From NCBI GenBank assembly GCA_963693365.1, contig CAVNZM010000015.1:4471502-4535501 (forward strand): DNA of 64,000 nt. Reading direction: 5' to 3'. Source of the DNA: Amoebidium appalachense (Eukaryota; Protista; Ichthyosporea). Each line of letters opens with the position of its first letter. Position 1 is the first letter of the stretch. Positions 1-13,813 of this stretch are shown here, one piece after another. The position numbers were made by a program, and so were the translations under genes. The notes beneath the pieces are model-generated. The model saw nothing but the letters and a program-made list of their open reading frames with translations. It did not search any database and was not told the DNA's origin.

Positions 1-549
1 CAATAACTTAATAATATTCGGTCGATAAATTATCATGATCTGTATTTACACACTCCTGACTTCACAGTAACCAATAAACAGAGACAACGGTTGGTCACCT
101 GATAGTACGGGCCATTTGCTACGCATCAACTTTTGCTACACGGATTTACATTTGATCAGGTTTCGCTAATTTTTAATATTGAAGGTGCAAACAGGGTATG
201 AATGCTTCCGTATGTGTGCGTGTGTGATTGTGTGTGTGCACGTGCGGGCAGGCACCATTTGTGATTCTATTCGAATGCGTGCTCCTGCTGTACGCGTAAC
301 GTAGGCGGCCAGTGTTGCCTGTGTGATCTAAATACATGCACACCATCAGTCAATGCACCAGAAACACCAAAGAAACTCAAAATAACTCGGATAGACCTAA
401 ACATCCTTTTTTTCATCTAATCAGCTCAATCTACAACATGCGGGGACCGTACTTGTGGCATGTATCACTAAATAACATTAGCACTGAGTGCTGCGCTAAA
501 AACGACTTATATACAACGTGACACAGACTTAAAGTGGTAAAATTATAAT

Positions 550-1608
550 TTAAAAGGAATATGCAGCCGCCAGCTTGATCGAGTCCGTCTCATTTAACTT
601 CCACATTGCACTAAGATAGTTTCGGATCCACACCTGTCCATTCTCTGCTTCGTCCGCGAGAATTTTCGCCGCTTCGTGCCTGTGCGATGTGCTGACAAAC
701 GATTGGTTGCGGCATTTCAAGCATGAATCCGATCGGCTGATCTGACCGCAAACACGTGCCGTACACGTGGTTGAGTGTTGCATCACGTGATCCCCCCAAT
801 CATGATTGATGATGTGTTCTATGGTTGGGCATGACTTCAAAATGGTCGGGGTGCTTGAATCACCTCCCTCACGATGTTCAGTTTCCCCTTCAACGTATGT
901 CACGCAGGTGGTGCTTCGAGGTCTTGACTGTGTGCGCACGAGGGAGCAACGTCGAAAAAGCGTGATGTCGGATGTTGCACGACGAAGGAACGGTTTTGAT
1001 TTTTGGGTTCGCCTGGAAGCAATTGTCTCGGGTGTTGAGCTGTGATTGGCGTGCCTTAAAGTTTCATCGCCAAAACATCCGTTGGTGGTTTGTTGTCCAT
1101 TTAAGGCAAATGAACCATCGGTAGTGGGACACTCCTTTAACGATCGGGTGCACTCAGGGGCATTTTCATATGTTGAGTTAGTGGCAGTATTAAAACTTTC
1201 AGCGAGATCATAGGAACTGTGATTCTCAGAACAGAATCCTGTGTCTTTCTCGTCTGGCTCGGAGATGTCGAGATTTCCAAGCGAATAAACGAGCGCCTCT
1301 TCAATTTTTCCGTGTGGGACAACGGGTAAAGAACTTGCAAGGAGACTTGAATGCATCGGCGTTTTTATTTGCCTTGCTTCTGGACCAGCCGCGTTTTTGG
1401 TGTCTTGGCATGTGATTGGGAATGATTTCGGATTGAGTGAAAACCTTGTGCACACAACTAAAGCTTGCAGCTCGCCTACCAATTCGACGGACGAGTCCAC
1501 TATGTCTAGACTTATTTGGGTTGTCTTCATGTGCATTGTGAAAAGAGGGGTGTTGTTGGGCAGGTGGGGAGTGCCCAAAACACAACTTCGTTTTGTGTAC
1601 AAAGCCAT
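550..1608 (-). CDS. Hypothetical protein, 352 aa, apparently single exon
   Basis: Long ATG-initiated ORF in ordinary-complexity sequence with a Ser/Thr-rich middle. No recognisable domain. Confidence 0.45.
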   Translation of the reverse strand: MALYTKRSCVLGTPHLPNNTPLFTMHMKTTQISLDIVDSSVELVGELQALVVCTRFSLNPKSFPITCQDTKNAAGPEARQIKTPMHSSLLASSLPVVPHGKIEEALVYSLGNLDISEPDEKDTGFCSENHSSYDLAESFNTATNSTYENAPECTRSLKECPTTDGSFALNGQQTTNGCFGDETLRHANHSSTPETIASRRTQKSKPFLRRATSDITLFRRCSLVRTQSRPRSTTCVTYVEGETEHREGGDSSTPTILKSCPTIEHIINHDWGDHVMQHSTTCTARVCGQISRSDSCLKCRNQSFVSTSHRHEAAKILADEAENGQVWIRNYLSAMWKLNETDSIKLAAAYSF

Positions 1609-4600
1609 TCACACGTTCAGTGAGTGCATTCATGGTGTAGTTTCTTGTGCCATTCTTGTGCGCATATGCCACGGTTCGGTCTGTTTTATTATTGGTCAGA
1701 GGGTGTGTATGTGTGTGCATCTTTACACTGAGTAACCGTTAAGGTCTTCATGCGCCGTGTGCTCTATGTAGTTAGGTACCAAGCGATGATTAATCATTAA
1801 TATTACCACAACACTAACCAAGGCAAAATAACTAATATGCTACGGTGACTGCACTGTATCAATCAGGTTCAATCTGTTATGAATAAACCAACCGCTTAAT
1901 GGTATAATTGGTCTGTTGGTCTCGTGTTTGGTTGAAACTTCGGCATGTGGAAAGCAAAAACATAGGGGACATTGCCCTATATATACCTTCTAGGAGCGTA
2001 TCGTAGTACGGTGCGTCATACACTGATCCGGGGCCCGGGCCCGTGACATACCGCACCCCCGGCCCACGACAACGTTAACGCGTGTAGGCTTTGTTTACCT
2101 TCACAAAAAAAAAAATATGTTATGTATTTTTATTTAATGTCGATTGTTTTCTATTCCTTTTTTTTTTTTTTTGCAAAATTAAGCATTCACAATTGTAATT
2201 TCTCTTATGAAAAGGGTAGCAGACCAGTATGCGACTGCGCGTGCGGCCACGGGCCGGGCCCGACGACCGTATGGCGTCATCTTAGTTATCCCTAGCTCCA
2301 CAGCAACAGCGCGCGGCGCTTCGAGAATTCGATTCCTTTCAGCGTGAATTCATCCAGTTCATCTCTCGGACCTTGCGTACAATAGGCATCCTCAGGCGGC
2401 TCCTTTGCTGAGTGTTTTTGGTCCCCCTCCGGCGAGTCAGCGTATGAATGAGTTAGGCCTCCGCTTTTGTTTTCATTTGGTTAGGCTAGCTTCCTTCTTA
2501 TCATCCTTTGTTGCAATTCTTTCCTTCTTTATTCTTTAGACCCTGTTCCCATATCTAATGTTCGTGCGAAATGTCCTGTACATACCCAATCTATCTCCCA
2601 TTCAGAGATATCCTTTTTAATATATGTCTCCTTTATTTTTCTCTTCCCTTATGTATCAGCAGTATGTTACTTGGTTTCATACTCAATATCCTTTGCTTCA
2701 TCGTTGTGATAAAGAGTATCATGGTAGGACTCTTGAGCCTGTGCTTCTTTTTATATTAGAGACTCGTCTATTTTCTCTACAATCGTACATAATGTAAATT
2801 AGCCACTTATATTCAGCCTTCCGAGGCTCTCGTAAACCTACGACACTTGCCGATTTTGCCATTCTAACCCCTTCGTGTGATATTGCTTGAAATGTTTATT
2901 TTGGCGTTGTAACCTTAGTTTCCATAAATGTTTGAGTCACTTTTGTGCAGAACCTTTTTCTCGCAAACATCTAGATAAATGTATTTATTTATCTCAGATT
3001 CTTCCGTTAGAAATTCGAAGACTAGCTTATTTAGATAATCCTGATATTACTTCTGTTGACTATCTGTTAAACCACCGTATGTTTTTTTTTCTTCTCTTGA
3101 CTGGGATTTATTGATCAGTGGTCCAGTGGATATGAAGGCAACGTGCAGCCACAGGCTACATGACCACCAAAATAACCGACTTCGAAAGAGCCATAGCGAT
3201 GAAATAAAAAATAAAACAACAAGTGACCAAAGGACACCAGCAGGCAAAGGTACGAGTGCACGTGTATGCGTGAAATACTAGTTTGCTCCAACTAGCTATT
3301 GTCAGCTATAGTCATATGCAGCGATGATGACCAGGCCACACTCCGCAAGAAGACATCATTACTGCTGCCCCCCAACAGGCCCCCCTCAAAACCTACCGGG
3401 GCACAGACAGCAAGCAACTCAGCCCTTTAAAGAGCAATGCAGACCAAATCCGAGTTTTCAAATTCTAGGGTGTATGATTATTTGAGACGTTATCTCCTCC
3501 GTATCCGTGAGTAGGGGTTTTGTATTTTCTTCTCTGAGATATCTGTGATATCTCTGACTTGCTTCTCTTTCATGAGCATATCAATAAAGAAAAAGAACTG
3601 GCCAATCGCCGCGCCGAGAAGCACGTGCTTTTTACCTAGGAGTACGGTTCACAGCCAAATACTTCACGTAAATACAGAGAAAGAATAGTAAGGAAGTAAA
3701 GAATTATAATCATGCTCAATAGCTATATATAAGTGGTATAATTTGCATATGACTCGAGGAAGAACGATTTGTTTGCGTTCGTGGGATATCAGTCTCTGGC
3801 ATGTTCTATCCTTCTACTGCACGATGATTGGCTCCCTGTAAATTCTTTGCATTACTCCATGTGAGCCAGAGCGTGCAAGCCAATTCACCACGGAAATTAA
3901 AGTGTTGGATATTGTGGCTGTTTAGTCTTATATGTAATGGGTAAGAATATTTAACTTGCAATATGTATTAAAGAAAATATGATTTGTAGTAACAACTATG
4001 AGATAATAGAACTTTGTTTAGTATCGCACGTGCACTGATGATAATTTTCTATGTACGGCCGATAAATGTTTTCACGGGGCGTACGGTTCCGTCACTTCCG
4101 TGGCACTCACATAGTCAGCCCGCTCAGCAAAAGGGAAAAGGATGGAAGAAACGAAATTGCATCAGAATTCTATTGCCTTTACATAAATAAAAGAAGTGCA
4201 CACCGTAGTAGTAAATAGCATGAGATACTATTGCCTTCTCTCGTTGAAAGTGTTCACCGAGAGTCAGCATGACGTGCGCGCGCGTGCGCTATTTTTTAAA
4301 TGCTTTTTAAAAAAGCACGAACTCAAATAAAAAAAAACGTTCTAGATGCATTCCAGAGAATCTCACGAGACTCGATCGACACTCGAGTGGCTCGACATGC
4401 ACATCATGATGTCGATTCGACTGTGTCACAGCTTACTAGAATTGCTCACGAAAGCTATATAATATATATAGATATGAATGTACAATTAGATGAGTATTTT
4501 TATATTTGTGAATATGTACACAAATTTCATCAATATCTGCTTCTAAATAAGCATATAGTAGTAAGTACAGGCGGGGAAACAGTGATGGATAATGTTCAGT

Positions 4601-4879
4601 AGGTACCGGTCGCTGAAGAGGAGGAGCTGATTTTACATGACTTATTTTGCTTTTGTTTCGCTCCAGTTGGAATGATGACGTAATGGGGTTTACGCTGTTT
4701 ACTCGAGGCAAAGAGAACCAGTCTCAGGTATGGGGGGGGGGGTTTTGCTCGGAATATCCCCTCAGCGGTATATCATGATCACGTACATAGATGTCGGGTG
4801 GTGACTATATATCAGGGTTTACTTTCTCTACGAGACACCATAAAGACTACAAGGAGAAATCAATTAGTTGGGGTTCCCC

Positions 4880-4880
<1 letters not shown>

Positions 4881-4923
<43 letters not shown>

Positions 4924-4955
4924 GGGCTCCCCTCGGGACACTCGGTATCAGCTGG

Positions 4956-5026
<71 letters not shown>

Positions 5027-8000
5027 TGCGCTATAATTTTGTAGTGATGTGTTTCTCAAGCCAATCAATACGTCTAATAAACAGGTCGTAGTTACGCGTG
5101 TTTAGTATAAAATCAAGGATGTTGTAATTTACAGGTAGGCTATCTTTCTGGGTGTCTGTTGTGAATGTGACGTGTGTGTGTTGCGGTATTATGTGGTCTA
5201 TCAAACTACATTTGGCGATACATGACCGGTTAAACTGGTGTGTGTGTGTGTTGTTTGGGCATGCAAATGATGCCACCTTATACTTATTAGATCTCCACTG
5301 TATAGCACGTGTACAGTAAAAGCGTGGTAATTGATCAATAATACCATCAGCTAGAGAAAGACCAGTTCTACAGGAAGGTAATATGTATTTAGGTGTTATA
5401 CACTTGCGAGTGCCATATTTGGCAATATGGTTGAGGCGGTCAGTATATATAAAACGAGACATAAGGCTTAGTTTTTCAAGGTGTATGCTTTCATCGGGTC
5501 TAGTGTCGTGTGGTATCTTTTTCCATTTGTTATATTGCGTGATTATCTTGTGATTGTGTACATGTTTAATAAGTAAGTGGCAGTCCAAAGTCACACACAC
5601 ACTATTGCGGGGTTTATTTGTATTTGTGCCCAGGGGAGAAGGGGAGAGAGAGGGGAGGAAAGAGGGGAGAGGTGAGGAGGGGACAGGTCGGATAGAGAAG
5701 AGAGGGTGGGAGGGCAAATACTTCTTTAAGCGGCTTATGTGCTTATTGAATTTCAGCGCGAGATAGGATACTCTAGCAGCTATTGGGACCAGACCATATA
5801 TCGAGAGCGTTACAGGCCCAGGTTTACAACAGTTGTTAGATAGAAAGGAGGCAACTTCTGCTTCAAGGAAATTTGCCAAGGGTTTAAGCGCTCTAGTTCT
5901 CTCTTTCTTGATCCAAGCGGCGAGAAGGGGTAAACCATATTCACATGCCGGGAAGACAAAAGTGCGAATAAATGTAAGTCTAATAGAAGGATGGAGGGGT
6001 GTGTCTTTAAAAATATTAGCCGAGAAGAAAGCTAACCGCTTACGAGCCAACTCTACCCTCTTTTCGACCATATGGGGAAACATAACACCAACAGAATCAA
6101 CCGGAACACCAAGATATTTGTATTCTGGAACTATAGGTACAGGTTTAGATGATAATGTAAATGTGTGTAAATTGTTAGCTATATCAGGTACAAGAACACC
6201 ACATTTGTCTATGTTAAGGATCATAAGGTTTGCCTTGCACCACTCTGACACTACATCGAACAATCTTTGCAGGCGTCTAGGGGTACGGGCAAGGAGGGAC
6301 AGATCATCAGCATAGAGAAGTGCAGGCGGAAAGTTATTAATAGGGTCATCGTTTTCGGCGTAAATCTTGACAGCCAAATCATCTATAAATAGGTTAAACA
6401 AAAAGGGGCTAAGCAATGAACCCTGCAAGAGACCTCTAGTACGAGCAAAACCATATGAAAGATGCCCATTAACCACAGCTCTACCATAGGTTTGAGACAA
6501 GAGTGCTTCTAACAGAACACCAATGCAGTGTGGTACACCCCGTGCAGCAAGCTTTTCCCATAGGAGACCAGGGGAGACAGAATCGTAAGCAGTTTTCCAA
6601 TCAATAAAGCCAACATATTGTGCACCAACTTGCATAGAATCGTGCAGTGCCATTATTTGAACATAACATGAATTGTTTTTACGAAAAGCGGATTGGCATG
6701 GGTGTATGTGAAGAATAGATTGAAACCTAGGGTGATGTGCAAATAACCTAAGTAAGCAAGCTTCAAAGAATCTACGAACAACCTGGGTTAGTGTAATGGG
6801 GCGAAAGGATGATATGGGGCCCTCAGAGTCCTTCTTAACTATGGGGATCACTAAGGTATCTAACCAAGATGACGGGACATGTCCACATTTAACACACCAA
6901 GAAAAGAGAGAGCTTAACATGATAGTAAGATCAGGTTTAATAGCACGATCACTTTCCTTTTGTGGGTAGGAGGGAACAAGGATTTTAAGAAACCCAGCAG
7001 GGAGTCCATCAGGTCCACAAGACTTACTAGAGCTATAACTAGATATCACAGACCATATGGCATCGGGACTGAAAAAGGGGAGGATCGATTCTATGGGGAT
7101 AGATGGGTCTACAGGCCACACAATAGGTTTCTGAGCGGGGGTCCTATCTTTAAACAGTTCCGAGAAATACTTATCAGAGTCTATGAGGGGGTCTCCAGTG
7201 GTATCACCAATAATACGAGCAGGGGGGCCAAATCGATTCATACTAGCAAGCCGGCGCAAGCTTTCCTTTTGAGACAGGGGTTCACCTAGTCTAGCGGGAG
7301 TGGTGTTTGGTAACAAGAGAGCATCGGGATATTCCTTCCTACCACCGCCAGCATAATCACCGAGATCTATCAAATCATCAACAATAAAGTTAGTGCATGT
7401 ATCTAGTACGAGATGTGAATCTGGCCTGGCTTGTGCAGATTCTAATAGGCGCATATATATAGGGTGTTTCGTAGCATAGCATACACATACATCAACTCTA
7501 CCCCACTGTGACTTAAGCTGGGATAAACGGAGGCGAAAGGTGGGAGGGGGAGGGGGGAGCAGATCAAGGGAGATCTTAGGTAGGAAAAGGATAGGAGAGT
7601 GGTCAGATGACCTAGAGAGGTTAGGAGGGAGAGAGAGTTTTGACATGGTTGATGGCCAAAAGGCCACTCCCCAGTCGGTGTTGTGGGCATGGGATATTTG
7701 AGGGAACCGCAAAGTGTGACTTTGGACATACCTTGCTAAAGGGATAGCACGCTCCGGGGGCTTAGATGGGTACCCGACACTCACTTGCAGTGTGTCTGTG
7801 TGGTGGAGTCGCGTGTTAAAATCACCTAAAATAACAGTGGACATTGGTAACTGTGACAACTCGTGAGTCAATTCGACAACCGACATAGATGGTGGGTAAT
7901 ATACAAAAGTAAAAACATTAGAAAGAAACTCTATAGAAACCGAGAATTCCGTTTTTGCTACCGGTTTGCACTTCACTCTCACGTGTGGTGCGGCAAGTAC

Positions 8001-8230
8001 AATAATGCCTCGGTTTTTCGCGTAACCGGGGTGTGTGGATGTGTCGACCAATGTAGAGTTGAATTTGTGGTGGTTTTTAAACTGTGTTTCGCAAATCACT
8101 GTAAACGTGTGGTTGTTTGTCTGTTGTTGTATGTAGCTGAAGGGCTGGACGAAACTTTGACAGATAGACCTGCCGGGGATAGGGGTGCATTGGTCTTCTG
8201 GACGAAGGGCTACCCATATACCAAATGACG
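4881..8230 (-). mobile_element. Non-LTR retrotransposon (single visible ORF, APE+RT) with poly(A) tail
   Basis: RT ORF followed by (CA)n, a short hairpin and a ~39-nt poly(A) (poly-T on + at 4881-4919). No TSD or ORF1 found, so the 5' boundary is approximate. Confidence 0.85.
5031..8099 (-). CDS. AP-endonuclease / reverse transcriptase polyprotein (1022 aa; true start uncertain)
   Basis: APE motifs ILGDFN and SSDH. RT motifs SCGPDG, FRPITL, IDWKTAYDSV, GLLQGSLLSPFLFNLFIDDL, YADD and YKYLG. C-terminal Cys/His cluster. Confidence 0.95.
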   Translation of the reverse strand: MICETQFKNHHKFNSTLVDTSTHPGYAKNRGIIVLAAPHVRVKCKPVAKTEFSVSIEFLSNVFTFVYYPPSMSVVELTHELSQLPMSTVILGDFNTRLHHTDTLQVSVGYPSKPPERAIPLARYVQSHTLRFPQISHAHNTDWGVAFWPSTMSKLSLPPNLSRSSDHSPILFLPKISLDLLPPPPPTFRLRLSQLKSQWGRVDVCVCYATKHPIYMRLLESAQARPDSHLVLDTCTNFIVDDLIDLGDYAGGGRKEYPDALLLPNTTPARLGEPLSQKESLRRLASMNRFGPPARIIGDTTGDPLIDSDKYFSELFKDRTPAQKPIVWPVDPSIPIESILPFFSPDAIWSVISSYSSSKSCGPDGLPAGFLKILVPSYPQKESDRAIKPDLTIMLSSLFSWCVKCGHVPSSWLDTLVIPIVKKDSEGPISSFRPITLTQVVRRFFEACLLRLFAHHPRFQSILHIHPCQSAFRKNNSCYVQIMALHDSMQVGAQYVGFIDWKTAYDSVSPGLLWEKLAARGVPHCIGVLLEALLSQTYGRAVVNGHLSYGFARTRGLLQGSLLSPFLFNLFIDDLAVKIYAENDDPINNFPPALLYADDLSLLARTPRRLQRLFDVVSEWCKANLMILNIDKCGVLVPDIANNLHTFTLSSKPVPIVPEYKYLGVPVDSVGVMFPHMVEKRVELARKRLAFFSANIFKDTPLHPSIRLTFIRTFVFPACEYGLPLLAAWIKKERTRALKPLANFLEAEVASFLSNNCCKPGPVTLSIYGLVPIAARVSYLALKFNKHISRLKKYLPSHPLFSIRPVPSSPLPSFLPSLSPSPLGTNTNKPRNSVCVTLDCHLLIKHVHNHKIITQYNKWKKIPHDTRPDESIHLEKLSLMSRFIYTDRLNHIAKYGTRKCITPKYILPSCRTGLSLADGIIDQLPRFYCTRAIQWRSNKYKVASFACPNNTHTHQFNRSCIAKCSLIDHIIPQHTHVTFTTDTQKDSLPVNYNILDFILNTRNYDLFIRRIDWLEKHITTKL

Positions 8231-9519
8231 CTTTTTGTGATCAAAGTCAAAAATATGAATATAAAACAGGTTTTGGTCAACTACATAATTGATATTTTTA
8301 TACATAACGCGACACACACTTATTGTATAAGCAACATAGGGTGTCCGCCGCTTATTTTATGGTGAAAATTAGAAAATCTATGATTTTGTCATAGATGTGA
8401 CGATCGACCCGGGCTCTGACGGTCGGAGGCTTAGCCGGAAGGGTTTTTGCCGATTTTGACGGTGAGGGAAGCGTCGGACATCACGGGCACCCTATATCAT
8501 TATTACGCGTTTTTTCATTTCCGACAACTTTTGATAATGAACCAAAACCTGTTTTCTGGGTAAAAACGAGTGAAACATGCACATCAGAGCCTGTAGAATT
8601 GTACCGCGGCCTCGATGGGGTGAGGGCAGCCCTTACCCTAGCCCTTTTAGGAATGTGAGGCCAATCGGATGATCCGAATCTTTCAGGTAGGCCATACATA
8701 TAGGGTTACGCATACGAAGTCCATGGGAATTCCGAACTAGTGTATAATTTGTGTAATTGATGGCCAAGTTGTGGGCACTGATTTGCAATTTCATAAAAAA
8801 AATTGGTATTGCGTTTACCAGGGTGGGAAATTTGTTTTTGGCTGGTGCCATTTTGGTAACTTTCCACCCAGCCCGGATGGCCCTAACAGAGTTAACAACC
8901 GTTTTTAGGTGTATTTTCTTATATATTTGGCTCTGTTAGGGCCAATTTTTGAAAAATTGATGGACCTAACCTCAAAAAGTTAGGGAAATTTTCGGACTTT
9001 CAGGGGCAATTTTCTGGCCCTAAACCCCCTAATTTCACAGCCTGGTGTATTTGGCACTAACTATACTTGCAATGTCCACATAATTATTTAGGTAGTAGTC
9101 CGCATGCTACAGAATATTGTCGCGTCAAGAGGAGGCTCCTTCAATCATTATTACTACGTCCTCGAGCGACATGGCAAATGATGGTCGGTGGCTGTGTTCT
9201 CTTATTTTTCAAGGCTAACAAAACTTCCCTTCCAAAGCGACTGATCACGCGCCAACTCATACCCTTGAAAAATGGACAGAGTATAGTTTATCATACGGCT
9301 GAGGCCACAGTCGCACGTGGCAGCTGCGTTCATTTTCGTAACAGCACTACGTCACTGACTGAAGTCCTGCTGGTGGCAGACTTCAAAGTCGTGTTACTAG
9401 GGGAAATAAAGCAACGGCCGGCGCCGGGGGTTGAGGGGTGAGGGGGGCCCCGGGGATTCTTTTGAATTCATTTTTTTTCTTTCTGGGAGGAAGTTGGAGA
9501 GGGCCCGGGGCAGGGGTGG

Positions 9520-10240
<721 letters not shown>

Positions 10241-11173
10241 ACCGAGTCTCTCCTCCTCTTTTCGAGATCTCAGTTCAATTTCATCAAAAGCCCTCCCCCC
10301 TCCCCCCCTTCACCATCCCCCATCCCCCCAACCCCCACCCCCACAGAAGGCATGTGGCACTCGAAACATGAACCAGCTTTCGTTCACAAGACTCCCCCCC
10401 CCCCCCCCCCCCTCCTCTCTTCCCCCCTCCCTTGCCCCCTTCTCCCTCCCCCTCCTCCCTCCCCCCCCCCCTCCCCCCCCCCCCCCCCCCCCCCACACAC
10501 ACACATACCCGACACACACACCTCAGTGACGCTATCCGTCCGGGCCCTCCACCTCATCAAACTCCGAATCAATCCAACTACACTGGATTAATCTTTCAGT
10601 TACATGTACACACAACACAAGGATTAGACATTCCAACTGCACATCAGTGAGAATCGATATCGCCATCCCCACACCCCCCCTACCCTTTTCCCTCCTCTCC
10701 CTCCCCCCACCCCCTCCCCTTCCCCCCCCCCCCCCCCCCCCCCCCCCCGCCCCGCCCCGCCCCTCCTTTTCTACCCCCCCTCCACCCCCCCCCCCCCTCC
10801 CCCCCCCCCCCCCCCCCCCTCCCCACCCCCACCCACCCCCCCCATCACGATCTCGGATGGCAGGTTAGTTGGAACGAGGCTTCAAACCCTAGAAGCGGCG
10901 CCTTTCAGAGTCTGTCGTAAAACGTGAAACATACGTTTTGAAAGGCAGGCAGTACCCTTTGTATTGTTTTTTTTTTTTTTTTTTTTTTGAGGAATAATGG
11001 TCCTTACTCCTTACTGAGGTCCTGCAGGCAGCATCCGTATCGTTCATTGCCTGTTAAAGTTGGAGCCGGGCGGCCAGGCAAGGTACCAAGACAAACTATT
11101 TTTGGTTATCCACCTGCCAAAATTTGTCAATGTTGGATATTGGCTAATAATCAATGGGGAACATCTACCACCA

Positions 11174-11218
<45 letters not shown>

Positions 11219-11822
11219 ACACAACCACCACTACCATCCCCCCCCCCAAAAAAGGAAAGAGAAAGAAAAAGGAAAAGGGGAAAAAAATGATGAGATATGA
11301 AACAGTTTAAAAAGAATAAAACTTTTATCAGCAAAGCCAGACCACCATGTGCGCTTAAGGCCCTTGTAATACGGCCACCTGCATTGAAAATCCCCCCAGG
11401 TGACTCAGAACATGGCGCGCGCATACATACCCCCCCCCCCCCCTCCAGAGAACCTCCAGGGCCACAAGGTTTTGGTGTGAAGTAATTCATCCGGGGGGGG
11501 GGGGGGGGGGGGGGGGATGGGATGGTGTATCTTTAAGTCTCAACGAAAAAGAGGGCCCCGGTAGAAAGAACACCTTTAAAAAATAAGAAATGGTCAGGCA
11601 AGCGTACACTAATCCGTGTGGGATTTTGCGCAGCATGCGCTGTATTAAAAACATCAGAGTTCTATAGCTAAGATTCCACAAAAAGCATGCATGTGAAGGA
11701 CTTTGTGAGTATTTGGCTGGTTTGCCCTCCTGGCCATAGCCAGCAAACCGTGACGTGCGACTTACAGTATACAGTAGCAACGTGTTACAGTACAGCGCAG
11801 TGCATGACCGCCCACGCACATA

Positions 11823-11853
<31 letters not shown>

Positions 11854-12281
11854 CCGAACCCACGCGCCCATCCCATCCACCCAGAACCCCCCCCACGGCC
11901 CCATGCATGCACAAACACATGTGATGTGACACACGTGCGGACACAGGCGTGCATGCAGGCACACAAAAGCTCACGGTCTCCGGCCTTTGCCACGGTAATA
12001 CTATATATAATTTGCGCAACACGGGTTGGTGACTGTGATGATTATTATGCGCGCGTACACCGGCACACGAGCCGTGACACACTTTCTCTCTTCGACTTTG
12101 ATGTCCGAGTTAATCCACCGCTGCAACCCTCCGGACCCTCCCACCTCCCCTATCATACCCGGTGACCCTGCCTTAGTTCTTCCTGCCCCCCCCCCCCCCC
12201 CCCCCCCCCCTCTCCCTCCCCCCCCCCCCCCCCCTCCTCCTCCTCCGTCCCTCGCACACCTCCAACACACACACACATACA

Positions 12282-12480
12282 TTTTCTATTTTTTATTTTA
12301 TCCCGTTTTGTCCCGGAGGTACCCCTAGGGCCCTCAGGGGGAACTACCATCTTCCACCCAGCACCGACAGTACTCTAACTAGGCTGCTACGATGCTAGTA
12401 GCTAAACTAACACACCTATCAATCCCAACTATATGTACACACTTTGCCCAGCCTGAGGGTATCACCCCAGCCAAGCCGGT
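12282..12480 (-). mobile_element. Short copy of the LINE 3' end (5'-truncated LINE or SINE-like)
   Basis: Aligns with the large LINE 3' UTR at 25525-25725 (cccggagg...ggaactacc..cagcaccgacagtac...gtacacactttgcccag...ccccagcca.gccgg) and has an A-rich tail on the - strand. Confidence 0.85.
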
Positions 12481-12484
12481 GTGT

Positions 12485-12636
<152 letters not shown>

Positions 12637-13052
12637 CTTGGCTGAACCACATTGAATCCTAAAGGCAAAGGGGTGGCTCTGACTCTATGAGTCCGATTAA
12701 ACGTCCTAATAGTATTATGGTGTCTACTTAACTTGATCTACGTTATCCCCGGCTTATAAAGGCTTGTAGCCTAGGTCACAAGTTTCAAGGATAGCACACT
12801 GAACGGTGACCTTCTTCAAAACGGACACTATTCCAATGTCATTTAAAAAACATTTATTGAATAAGACGATAAAATAACATTTAGCGGAAGGTTCAGAGTT
12901 GGGTGTCTCTCTCTAGATCTTCTCTTGTCCACTTGGGGCCCTAATTTACCTTCTCTTCCAACAAAACACGAACACACACTGATGCACACCTGCGACACAC
13001 GAACACGCGCGCGCGCGCACACACACACACACACACTCACACAAACACACAC

Positions 13053-13156
<104 letters not shown>

Positions 13157-13539
13157 CACCCCCCCCAAACACACACACGCACACACACACACACAAACTC
13201 CCCGGGCCCCCCGGGCCCTCACACACACGCGCGCGCACACACACAAACCGTGACACACATGCACGCACACACGGTCACCACACGCAGACACACACCGACA
13301 CACACACCGTTAGCACACACACACAAAGAAACACACTGGCTGGGATGGGGGCGGGATCGATATGGGAACCACGGCTAATTATTAGGGGGCATTTCTATCT
13401 TCCTACTCGGCTCTCAGCCACTTCCATTCATCTACCCATGCAGGTGATTTCAAAAAGATGAAATCTGGGACCCGCGGCGAAATCCGATAGGAGCTGGTGA
13501 AATCTGTGATGCGTGATTTTGAGCTCGATGAAATCCGAT

Positions 13540-13756
13540 GGAACAACCACGTATGTGCGTACACGTGTTGCAGCAGGCAATGCCCAGTTGGGCTGATGAA
13601 ACCTACTTCAAGTTGTGTGTTATGGGTATGTTGGGAATGTATGATGATAGAAAGAGAGACCGGAGAGAGGACTCGGGGGGGGGAAAGAGCTACTTTTAGA
13701 GATCTAGAGAGAGAGAGAGGGGGGGGGGGGGGGGGGGGGAGAGAGAGAGAGAGGGG

Positions 13757-13813
<57 letters not shown>

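Noticed and set aside
4454-4473. Helitron-like 5' end (A|TCTATATATATTATATAGC on -)
   Set aside because: No convincing hairpin plus CTRR|T 3' end found.
11353-11400. ttaagg-starting Kolobok/piggyBac-like terminus (also near 16658)
   Set aside because: No matching inverted terminus found in the window.
13585-13615. ctgatgaaac as a hammerhead ribozyme (also near 15470)
   Set aside because: No stem II between CUGAUGA and GAAA, and no matching stems I/III.
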